In this document: positions 51,401 through 63,400 of the stretch, piece by piece
Layout of the letters: the number at the start of each line of letters is the position of its first letter
Position numbering within the stretch: position 1 is the stretch's first letter
NCBI RefSeq assembly: GCF_009914755.1
Contig: NC_060940.1
Origin: the human T2T-CHM13v2.0 reference genome, Homo sapiens
Reading direction: 5' to 3' (one strand)
Length of the DNA stretch: 64,000 nt
Made by a program: the position numbers and the translations under genes
Notes under the pieces: generated by a model
Databases searched by the model: none
What the model was told of the DNA's origin: nothing
Seen by the model: the letters and a program-made list of their open reading frames with translations, nothing else

Positions 51401-54400
51401 TCATACAGCATTCTGGAAACCCTCTGTTTGTAAAGTCTGCAAGTGGATATTTGGACCTCTTAGATGCCTTCGTTGGAAACGGGATTTCTTCATATAATGC
51501 TAGAGGGAAGAATTCTTAGTAACTTCTTTGTGTTGTGTGTATTCAACTGACAGAGTTGAACCTTCCTTTAGACAGAGCAGATTTGAAAGTCTCTTTCTGT
51601 GGAATTTGCAAGTGGAGATTTCAAGCGCTTTGAGGCCAAAAGCAGAAAAGGAAATATTTTCCTATAAAAACTCGACAGAATCTTTCTCAGAAACTGCTCT
51701 GGGATGTGTGCGTTCAACTCACAGAGTTTAACTTTTCTTTTCATTCAGCAGTTTGGAAACACTCTGTTTGTAAAGTCTGCAAGTGGATATCTTGGCCTCT
51801 TAGAGGCCTTCGTTGGAAACGGGTTTTTTCATGTAAGGTTAGACAGAGGAATTCCCAGTAACTTCCTTGTGTTGTGTGCATTCAACTCACAGAGTTGAAT
51901 GATTCTTTACACAGAGCAGATTTGAGACACTCTTTTGGTGGAATTTGTAAGTGGAGAATTCAGCTGCTTTGAGGTCAACGGTAGAAAAGGAAATATCTTC
52001 GTATAAAAACTAGACAGAATGATTCTCAGAAACTGTTTTGTGATGTGTGCTTTCAACTCACAGAGTTTAACCTTTCTTTTCAAAGAGCAGTTAGGAAACA
52101 CTCTGTTTGTAAAGTCTGCAAGTGGATATTCAGACCTCTTTGAGGACTTCGTTGGAAACGGGATTTCTTCATATTATGCTAGACAGATGAATTCTCAGTA
52201 ACTTCCTTGTGTTGTGTGTATTCAACTCACAGAGTTGAACGATCCTTTATACAGAGCAGATTTGAAACACTGTTTTTCTGGAATTTGCAAGTGGAGATTT
52301 CAGCCGCTTTGAGGTCAATGGTAGAAAAGGAAATATCTTCGTATAAAAACTGGACAGAATGATTCTCAGAAACTCCTTTGTGATGTGTGCGTTCAACTCA
52401 CAGAGTTTAACCTTTCTTTTCACAGAGCAGTTAGGAAACACTCTGTGAAGCCTGCCAGTGGATATTCGGACCTCTTTGAGGCCTTCGTTGGAAACGGGAT
52501 TTCTTCATATTATGCTAGACAGAAGATTTCTCAGTAACTTCTTTGGGTTGTGTGTATGCAACTCACAGAGTTCAACCTTCCTTTAGACAGAGCAGATTTG
52601 AAACACTCTTTTTGTGGAATTTGCAAGTGGAGATTTCAAGCGCTTCGATGCCAATGATAGAAAAGGAAATATCTTCGTATAAAAACAAGACAAACTCGTT
52701 CCCAGACACTGCGTAGTGATGTGTGTGTTTAACTCACAGAGTTTAACCTTTCTTTTCATACAGCATTCTGGAAACCCTCTGTTTGTAAAGTCTGCAAGTG
52801 GATATTTGGACCTCTTAGATGCCTTCTTTGGAAACGGGATTTCTTCATATAATGCTAGAGGGAAGAATTCTTAGTAACTTCTTTGTGTTGTGTGTATTCA
52901 ACTGACAGAGTTGAACCTTCCTTTAGACAGAGCAGATTTGAAAGTCTCTTTTTCTGGAATTTGCAAGTGGAGATTTGAAGCGCTTTGAGGCCAAAAGCAG
53001 AAAAGGAAATATTTTCCTATAAAAACTAGACAGAATCTTTCTCAGAAACTGCTCTGGGATGTGTGCGTTCAACTCACAGAGTTTAACTTTTCTTTTCATT
53101 CAGCAGTTTGGAAACACTCTGTTTGGAAAGTCTGCACGTGGATATTTTGACCTCTTTGAGGCCTTCGTTGGAAACGGGTTTTTTTCATGGAAGGCTAGAC
53201 AGAAGAAATCTCAGTAACTTCCTTGTGTTGTGTGTATTCAACTGACAGAGTTGAACCTTCCTTTAGACAGAGCAGATTCGAAACACTCTTTTTCTGCAAT
53301 TTGCACGTGGAAACTTCAAGCGCTTTGAGGCCAAAGGCAGAAAAGGAAATATCTTCGTATAAAAACCCGACAGAATCACTCTCAGAAACTGCTCTGTGAT
53401 GTGTGCGTTCAACTCACAGAGTTTAACTTTTCTTTTCATTCAGCAGTTTGGAAACACTCTGTTTGTAAAGTCTGCAAGTGGATATCTTGGCCTCTTAGAG
53501 GCCTTCGTTGGAAACGGGTTTTTTCATGTAAGGTTAGACAGAGGAATTCCCAGTAACTTCCTTGTGTTGTGTGCATTCAACTCACAGAGTTGAATGATTC
53601 TTTACACAGAGCAGATTTGAGACACTCTTTTGGTGGAATTTGTAAGTGGAGAATTCAGCCGCTTTGAGGTCAACGGTAGAAAAGGAAATATCTTCGTATA
53701 AAAAGTAGACAGAATGATTCTCAGAAACTGTTTTGTGATGTGTGCGTTCAACTCACAGAGTTTAACCTTTCTTTTCAAAGAGCAGTTAGGAAACACTCTG
53801 TTTGTAAAGTCTGCAAGTGGATATTCAGACCTCTTTGAGGCCTTCGTTGGAAACGGGATTTCTTCATATTATGCTAGACAGATGAATTCTCAGTAACTTC
53901 CTTGTGTTGTGTGTATTCAACTCACAGAGTTGAACGATCCTTTACACAGAGCAGATTTGAAACACTGTTTTTCTGGAATTTGCAAGTGGAGATTTCAGCC
54001 GCTTTGAGGTCAATGGTAGAAAAGGAAATATCTTCGTATAAAAACTAGACAGAATGATTCTCAGAAACTCCTTTGTGATGTGTGCGTTCAACTCACAGAG
54101 TTTAACCTTTCTTTTCACAGAGCAGTTAGGAAACACTCTGTTTGTGAAGCCTGCCAGTGGATATTCGGACCTCTTTGAGGCCTTCGTTGGAAACGGGATT
54201 TCTTCATATTATGCTAGACAGAAGATTTCTCAGTAACTTCTTTGTGTTGTGTGTATGCAACTCACAGAGTTCAACCTTCCTTTAGACAGAGCAGATTTGA
54301 AACACTCTTTTTGTGGAATTTGCAAGTGGAGATTTCAAACGCTTCGATGCCAATGGTAGAAAAGGAAATATCTTCGTATAAAAACAAGACAAACTCGTTC

Positions 54401-57400
54401 CCAGACACTGCGTAGTGATGTGTGTGTTTAACTCACAGAGTTTAACCTTTCTTTTCATACAGCATTCTGGAAACCCTCTGTTTGTAAAGTCTGCAAGTGG
54501 ATATTTGGACCTCTTAGATGCCTTCGTTGGAAACGGGATTTCTTCATATAATGCTAGAGGGAAGAATTCTTAGTAACTTCTTTGTGTTGTGTGTATTCAA
54601 CTGACAGAGTTGAACCTTCCTTTAGACAGAGCAGATTTGAAAGTCTCTTTTTGTGGAATTTGCAAGTGGAGATTTCAAGCGCTTTGAGGCCAAAAGCAGA
54701 AAAGGAAATATTTTCCTATAAAAACTCGACAGAATCTTTCTCAGAAACTGCTCTGGGATGTGTGCGTTCAACTCACAGAGTTTAACTTTTCTTTTCATTC
54801 AGCAGTTTGGAAACACTCTGTTTGGAAAGTCTGCACGTGGATATTTTGACCTCTTTGAGGCCTTCGTTGGAAACGGGTTTTTTTCATGTAAGGCTAGACA
54901 GAAGAAATCTCAGTAACTTCCTTGTGTTGTGTGTATTCAACTGACAGAGTTGAACCTTCCTTTAGACAGAGCAGATTCGAAACACTCTTTTTCTGCAATT
55001 TGCAAGTGGAGACTTCAAGCGCTTTGAGGCCAAAGGCAGAAAAGGAAATATCTTCGTATAAAAACCCGACAGAATCATTCTCAGAAACTGCTCTGTGATG
55101 TGTGCGTTCAACTCACAGAGTTTAACTTTTCTTTTCATTCAGCAGTTTGGAAACACTCTGTTTGTAAAGTCTGCAAGTGGATATCTTGGCCTCTTAGAGG
55201 CCTTCGTTGGAAACGGGTTTTATCATGTAAGGTTAGACAGAGGAATTCCCAGTAACTTCCTTGTGTTGTGTGCATTCAACTCACAGAGTTGAATGATTCT
55301 TTACACAGAGCAGATTTGAGACACTCTTTTGGTGGAATTTGTAAGTGGAGAATTCAGCCGCTTTGAGGTCAACGGTAGAAAAGGAAATATCTTCGTATAA
55401 AAACTAGACAGAATGATTCTCAGAAACTGTTTTGTGATGTGTGCGTTCAACTCACAGAGTTTAACCTTTCTTTTCAAAGAGCAGTTAGGAAACACTCTGT
55501 TTGTAAAGTCTGCAAGTGGATATTCAGACCTCTTTGAGGCCTTCGTTGGAAACGGGATTTCTTCATATTATGCTAGACAGATGAATTCTCAGTAACTTCC
55601 TTGTGTTGTGTGTATTCAACTCACAGAGTTGAACGATCCTTTACACAGAGCAGATTTGAAACACTGTTTTTCTGCAATTTGCAAGTGGAGATTTCAGCCG
55701 CTTTGAGGTCAATGGTAGAAAAGGAAATATCTTCGTATAAAAACTAGACAGAATGATTCTCAGAAACTCCTTTGTGATGTGTGCGTTCAACTCACAGAGT
55801 TTAACCTTTCTTTTCACAGAGCAGTTAGGAAACACTCTGTTTGTGAAGCCTGCCAGTGGATATTCGGACCTCTTTGAGGCCTTCGTTGGAAACGGGATTT
55901 CTTCATATTATGCTAGACAGAAGATTTCTCAGTAACTTCTTTGTGTTGTGTGTATGCAACTCACAGAGTTCAACCTTCCTTTAGACAGAGCAGATTTGAA
56001 ACACTCTTTTTGTGGAATTTGCAAGTGGAGATTTCAAGCGCTTCGATGCCAATGGTAGAAAAGGAAATATCTTCGTATAAAAACAAGACAAACTCGTTCC
56101 CAGACACTGCGTAGTGATGTGTGTGTTTAACTCACAGAGTTTAACCTTTCTTTTCATACAGCATTCTGGAAACCCTGTGTTTGTAAAGTCTGCAAGTGGA
56201 TATTTGGACCTCTTAGATGCCTTCGTTGGAAACGGGATTTCTTCATATAATGCTAGAGGGAAGAATTCTTAGTAACTTCTTTGTGTTGTGTGTATTCAAC
56301 TGACAGAGTTGAACCTTCCTTTAGACAGAGCAGATTTGAAAGTCTCTTTTTGTGGAATTTGCAAGTGGAGATTTCAAGCGCTTTGAGGCCGAAAGCAGAA
56401 AAGGAAATATTTTCCTATAAAAACTCGACAGAATCTTTCTCAGAAACTGCTGTGGGATGTGTGCGTTCAACTCACAGAGTTTAACTTTTCTTTTCATTCA
56501 GCAGTTTGGAAACACTCTGTTTGGAAAGTCTGCACGTGGATATTTTGACCTCTTTGAGGCCTTCGTTGGAAACGGGTTTTTTTCATGTAAGGCTAGACAG
56601 AAGAAATCTCAGTAACTTCCTTGTGTTGTGTGTATTCAACTGACAGAGTTGAACCTTCCTTTAGACAGAGCAGATTCGAAACACTCTTTTTCTGCAATTT
56701 GCAAGTGGAGACTTCAAGCGATTTGAGGCCAAAGGCAGAAAAGGAAATATCTTCGTATAAAAACCCGACAGAATCATTCTCAGAAACTGCTCTGTGATGT
56801 GTGCGTTCAACTCACAGAGTTTAACTTTTCTTTTCATTCAGCAGTTTGGAAACACTCTGTTTGTAAAGTCTGCAAGTGGATATCTTGGCCTCTTAGAGGC
56901 CTTCTTTGGAAACGGGTTTTTTCATGTAAGGATAGACAGAGGAATTCCCAGTAACTTCCTTGTGTTGTGTGCATTCAACTCACAGAGTTGAATGATTCTT
57001 TACACAGAGCAGATTTGAGACACTCTTTTGGTGGAATTTGTAAGTGGAGAATTCAGCCGCTTTGAGGTCAACGGTAGAAAAGGAAATATCTTCGTATAAA
57101 AACTAGACAGAATGATTCTCAGAAACTGTTTTGTGATGTGTGCGTTCAACTCACAGAGTTTAACCTTTCTTTTCAAAGAGCAGTTAGGAAACACTCTGTT
57201 TGTAAAGTCTGCAAGTGGATATTCAGACCTCTTTGAGGCCTTCGTTGGAAACGGGATTTCTTCATATTATGCTAGACAGATGAATTCTCAGTAACTTCCT
57301 TGTGTTGTGTGTATTCAACTCACAGAGTTGAACGATCCTTTACACAGAGCAGATTTGAAACACTGTTTTTCTGGAATTTGCAAGTGGAGATTTCAGCCGC

Positions 57401-60400
57401 TTTGAGGTCAATGGTAGAAAAGGAAATATCTTCGTATAAAAACTAGACAGAATGATTCTCAGAAACTCCTTTGTGATGTGTGCGTTCAACTCACAGAGTT
57501 TAACCTTTCTTTTCACAGAGCAGTTAGGAAACACTCTGTTTGTGAAGCCTGCCAGTGGATAATCGGACCTCTTTGAGGCCTTCGTTGGAAACGGGATTTC
57601 TTCATATTATGCTAGACAGAAGATTTCTCAGTAAGTTCTTTGGGTTGTGTGTATGCAACTCACAGAGTTCAACCTTCCTTTAGAGAGAGCATATTTGAAA
57701 CACTCTTTTTGTGGAATTTGCAAGTGGAGATTTCAAGCGCTTCGATGCCAATGGTAGAAAAGGAAATATCTTCGTATAAAAACAAGACAAACTCGTTCCC
57801 AGACACTGCGTAGTGATGTGTGTGTTTAACTCACGGAGTTTAACCTTTCTTTTCATACAGCATTCTGGAAACCCTCTGTTTGTAAAGTCTGCAAGTGGAT
57901 ATTTGGACCTCTTAGATGCCTTCGTTGGAAACGGGATTTCTTCATATAATGCTAGAGGGAAGAATTCTTAGTAACTTCTTTGTGTTGTGTGTATTCAACT
58001 GACAGAGTTGAACCTTCCTTTAGACAGAGCAGATTTGAAAGTCTCTTTCTGTGGAATTTGCAAGTGGAGATTTCAAGCGCTTTGAGGCCAAAAGCAGAAA
58101 AGGAAATATTTTCCTATAAAAACTCGACAGAATCTTTCTCAGAAACTGCTCTGGGATGTGTGCGTTCAACTCACAGAGTTTAACTTTTCTTTTCATTCAG
58201 CAGTTTGGAAACACTCTGTTTGGAAAGTCTGCACGTGGATATTTTGACCTCTTTGAGGCCTTCGTTGGAAACGGGTTTTTTTCATGTAAGGCTAGACAGA
58301 AGAAATCTCAGTAACTTCCTTGTGTTGTGTGTATTCAACTGACAGAGTTGAACCTTCCTTTAGACAGAGCAGATTCGAAACACTCTTTTTCTGCAATTTG
58401 CAAGTGGAAACTTCAAGCGCTTTGAGGCCAAAGGCAGAAAAGGAAATATCTTCGTATAAAAACCCGACAGAATCACTCTCAGAAACTGCTCTGTGATGTG
58501 TGCGTTCAACTCACAGAGTTTAACTTTTCTTTTCATTCAGCAGTTTGGAAACACTCTGTTTGTAAAGTCTGCAAGTGGATATCTTGGCCTCTTAGAGGCC
58601 TTCGTTGGAAACGGGTTTTTTCATGTAAGGTTAGACAGAGGAATTCCCAGTAACTTCCTTGTGTTGTGTGCATTCAACTCACAGAGTTGAATGATTCTTT
58701 ACACAGAGCAGATTTGAGACACTCTTTTGGTGGAATTTGTAAGTGGAGAATTCAGCCGCTTTGAGGTCAACGGTAGAAAAGGAAATATCTTCGTATAAAA
58801 ACTAGACAGAATGATTCTCAGAAACTGTTTTGTGATGTGTGCGTTCAACTCACAGAGTTTAACCTTTCTTTTGAAAGAGCAGTTAGGAAACACTCTGTTT
58901 GTAAAGTCTGCAAGTGGATATTCAGACCTCTTTGAGGCCTTCGTTGGAAACGGGATTTCTTCATATTATGCTAGACAGATGAATTCTCAGTAACTTCCTT
59001 GTGTTGTGTGTATTCAACTCACAGAGTTGAACGATCCTTTACACAGAGCAGATTTGAAACACTGTTTTTCTGGAATTTGCAAGTGGAGATTTCAGCCGCT
59101 TTGAGGTCAATGGTAGAAAAGGAAATATCTTCGTATAAAAACTAGACAGAATGATTCTCAGAAACTCCTTTGTGATGTGTGCGTTCAACTCACAGAGTTT
59201 AACCTTTCTTTTCACAGAGCAGTTAGGAAACACTCTGTTTGTGAAGCCTGCCAGTGGATAATCGGACCTCTTTGAGGCCTTCGTTGGAAACGGGATTTCT
59301 TCATATTATGCTAGACAGAAGATTTCTCAGTAACTTCTTTGGGTTGTGTGTATGCAACTCACAGAGTTCAACCTTCCTTTAGAGAGAGCATATTTGAAAC
59401 ACTCTTTTTGTGGAATTTGCAAGTGGAGATTTCAAGCGCTTCGATGCCAATGGTAGAAAAGGAAATATCTTCGTATAAAAACAAGACAAACTCGTTCCCA
59501 GACACTGCGTAGTGATGTGTGTGTTTAACTCACAGAGTTTAACCTTTCTTTTCATACAGCATTCTGGAAACCCTCTGTTTGTAAAGTCTGCAAGTGGATA
59601 TTTGGACCTCTTAGATGCCTTCGTTGGAAACGGGATTTCTTCATATAATGCTAGAGGGAAGAATTCTTAGTAACTTCTTTGTGTTGTGTGTATTCAACTG
59701 ACAGAGTTGAACCTTCCTTTAGACAGAGCAGATTTGAAAGTCTCTTTCTGTGGAATTTGCAAGTGGAGATTTCAAGCGCTTTGAGGCCAAAAGCAGAAAA
59801 GGAAATATTTTCCTATAAAAACTCGACAGAATCTTTCTCAGAAACTGCTCTGGGATGTGTGCGTTCAACTCACAGAGTTTAACTTTTCTTTTCATTCAGC
59901 AGTTTGGAAACACTCTGTTTGGAAAGTCTGCACGTGGATATTTTGACCTCTTTGAGGCCTTCGTTGGAAACGGGTTTTTTTCATGTAAGGCTAGACAGAA
60001 GAAATCTCAGTAACTTCCTTGTGTTGTGTGTATTCAACTGACAGAGTTGAACCTTCCTTTAGACAGAGCAGATTCGAAACACTCTTTTTCTGCAATTTGC
60101 AAGTGGAAACTTCAAGCGCTTTGAGGCCAAAGGCAGAAAAGGAAATATCTTCGTATAAAAACCCGACAGAATCACTCTCAGAAACTGCTCTGTGATGTGT
60201 GCGTTCAACTCACAGAGTTTAACTTTTCTTTTCATTCAGCAGTTTGGAAACACTCTGTTTGTAAAGTCTGCAAGTGGATATCTTGGCCTCTTAGAGGCCT
60301 TCGTTGGAAACGGGTTTTTTCATGTAAGGTTAGACAGAGGAATTCCCAGTAACTTCCTTGTGTTGTGTGCATTCAACTCACAGAGTTGAATGATTCTTTA

Positions 60401-63400
60401 CACAGAGCAGATTTGAGACACTCTTTTGGTGGAATTTGTAAGTGGAGAATTCAGCCGCTTTGAGGTCAACGGTAGAAAAGGAAATATCTTCGTATAAAAA
60501 CTAGACAGAATGATTCTCAGAAACTGTTTTGTGATGTGTGCGTTCAACTCACAGAGTTTAACCTTTCTTTTCAAAGAGCAGTTAGGAAACACTCTGTTTG
60601 TAAAGTCTGCAAGTGGATATTCAGACCTCTTTGAGGCCTTCGTTGGAAACGGGATTTCTTCATATTATGCTAGACAGATGAATTCTCAGTAACTTCCTTG
60701 TGTTGTGTGTATTCAACTCACAGAGTTGAACGATCCTTTACACAGAGCAGATTTGAAACACTGTTTTTCTGGAATTTGCAAGTGGAGATTTCAGCCGCTT
60801 TGAGGTCAATGGTAGAAAAGGAAATATCTTCGTATAAAAACTAGACAGAATGATTCTCAGAAACTCCTTTGTGATGTGTGCGTTCAACTCACAGAGTTTA
60901 ACCTTTCTTTTCACAGAGCAGTTAGGAAACACTCTGTTTGTGAAGCCTGCCAGTGGATATTCGGACCTCTTTGAGGCCTTCGTTGGAAACGGGATTTCTT
61001 CATATTATGCTAGACAGAAGATTTCTCAGTAACTTCTTTGTGTTGTGTGTATGCAACTCACAGAGTTCAACCTTCCTTTAGACAGAGCAGATTTGAAACA
61101 CTCTTTTTGTGGAATTTGCAAGTGGAGATTTCAAGCGCTTCGATGCCAATGGTAGAAAAGGAAATATCTTCGTATAAAAACAAGACAAACTCGTTCCCAG
61201 ACACTGCGTAGTGATGTGTGTGTTTAACTCACAGAGTTTAACCTTTCTTTTCATACAGCATTCTGGAAACCCTGTGTTTGTAAAGTCTGCAAGTGGATAT
61301 TTGGACCTCTTAGATGCCTTCGTTGGAAACGGGATTTCTTCATATAATGCTAGAGGGAAGAATTCTTAGTAACTTCTTTGTGTTGTGTGTATTCAACTGA
61401 CAGAGTTGAACCTTCCTTTAGACAGAGCAGATTTGAAAGTCTCTTTTTGTGGAATTTGCAAGTGGAGATTTCAAGCGCTTTGAGGCCGAAAGCAGAAAAG
61501 GAAATATTTTCCTATAAAAACTCGACAGAATCTTTCTCAGAAACTGCTGTGGGATGTGTGCGTTCAACTCACAGAGTTTAACTTTTCTTTTCATTCAGCA
61601 GTTTGGAAACACTCTGTTTGGAAAGTCTGCACGTGGATATTTTGACCTCTTTGAGGCCTTCGTTGGAAACGGGTTTTTTTCATGTAAGGCTAGACAGAAG
61701 AAATCTCAGTAACTTCCTTGTGTTGTGTGTATTCAACTGACAGAGTTGAACCTTCCTTTAGACAGAGCAGATTCGAAACACTCTTTTTCTGCAATTTGCA
61801 AGTGGAGACTTCAAGCGATTTGAGGCCAAAGGCAGAAAAGGAAATATCTTCGTATAAAAACCCGACAGAATCATTCTCAGAAACTGCTCTGTGATGTGTG
61901 CGTTCAACTCACAGAGTTTAACTTTTCTTTTCATTCAGCAGTTTGGAAACACTCTGTTTGTAAAGTCTGCAAGTGGATATCTTGGCCTCTTAGAGGCCTT
62001 CGTTGGAAACGGGTTTTTTCATGTAAGGATAGACAGAGGAATTCCCAGTAACTTCCTTGTGTTGTGTGCATTCAACTCACAGAGTTGAATGATTCTTTAC
62101 ACAGAGCAGATTTGAGACACTCTTTTGGTGGAATTTGTAAGTGGAGAATTCAGCCGCTTTGAGGTCAACGGTAGAAAAGGAAATATCTTCGTATAAAAAC
62201 TAGACAGAATGATTCTCAGAAACTGTTTTGTGATGTGTGCGTTCAACTCACAGAGTTTAACCTTTCTTTTCAAAGAGCAGTTAGGAAACACTCTGTTTGT
62301 AAAGTCTGCAAGTGGATATTCAGACCTCTTTGAGGCCTTCGTTGGAAACGGGATTTCTTCATATTATGCTAGACAGATGAATTCTCAGTAACTTCCTTGT
62401 GTTGTGTGTATTCAACTCACAGAGTTGAACGATCCTTTACACAGAGCAGATTTGAAACACTGTTTTTCTGGAATTTGCAAGTGGAGATTTCAGCCGCTTT
62501 GAGGTCAATGGTAGAAAAGGAAATATCTTCGTATAAAAACTAGACAGAATGATTCTCAGAAACTCCTTTGTGATGTGTGCGTTCAACTCACAGAGTTTAA
62601 CCTTTCTTTTCACAGAGCAGTTAGGAAACACTCTGTTTGTGAAGCCTGCCAGTGGATAATCGGACCTCTTTGAGGCCTTCGTTGGAAACGGGATTTCTTC
62701 ATATTATGCTAGACAGAAGATTTCTCAGTAACTTCTTTGGGTTGTGTGTATGCAACTCACAGAGTTCAACCTTCCTTTAGAGAGAGCATATTTGAAACAC
62801 TCTTTTTGTGGAATTTGCAAGTGGAGATTTCAAGCGCTTCGATGCCAATGGTAGAAAAGGAAATATCTTCGTATAAAAACAAGACAAACTCGTTCCCAGA
62901 CACTGCGTAGTGATGTGTGTGTTTAACTCACAGAGTTTAACCTTTCTTTTCATACAGCATTCTGGAAACCCTCTGTTTGTAAAGTCTGCAAGTGGATATT
63001 TGGACCTCTTAGATGCCTTCGTTGGAAACGGGATTTCTTCATATAATGCTAGAGGGAAGAATTCTTAGTAACTTCTTTGTGTTGTGTGTATTCAACTGAC
63101 AGAGTTGAACCTTCCTTTAGACAGAGCAGATTTGAAAGTCTCTTTCTGTGGAATTTGCAAGTGGAGATTTCAAGCGCTTTGAGGCCAAAAGCAGAAAAGG
63201 AAATATTTTCCTATAAAAACTCGACAGAATCTTTCTCAGAAACTGCTCTGGGATGTGTGCGTTCAACTCACAGAGTTTAACTTTTCTTTTCATTCAGCAG
63301 TTTGGAAACACTCTGTTTGGAAAGTCTGCACGTGGATATTTTGACCTCTTTGAGGCCTTCGTTGGAAACGGGTTTTTTTCATGTAAGGCTAGACAGAAGA

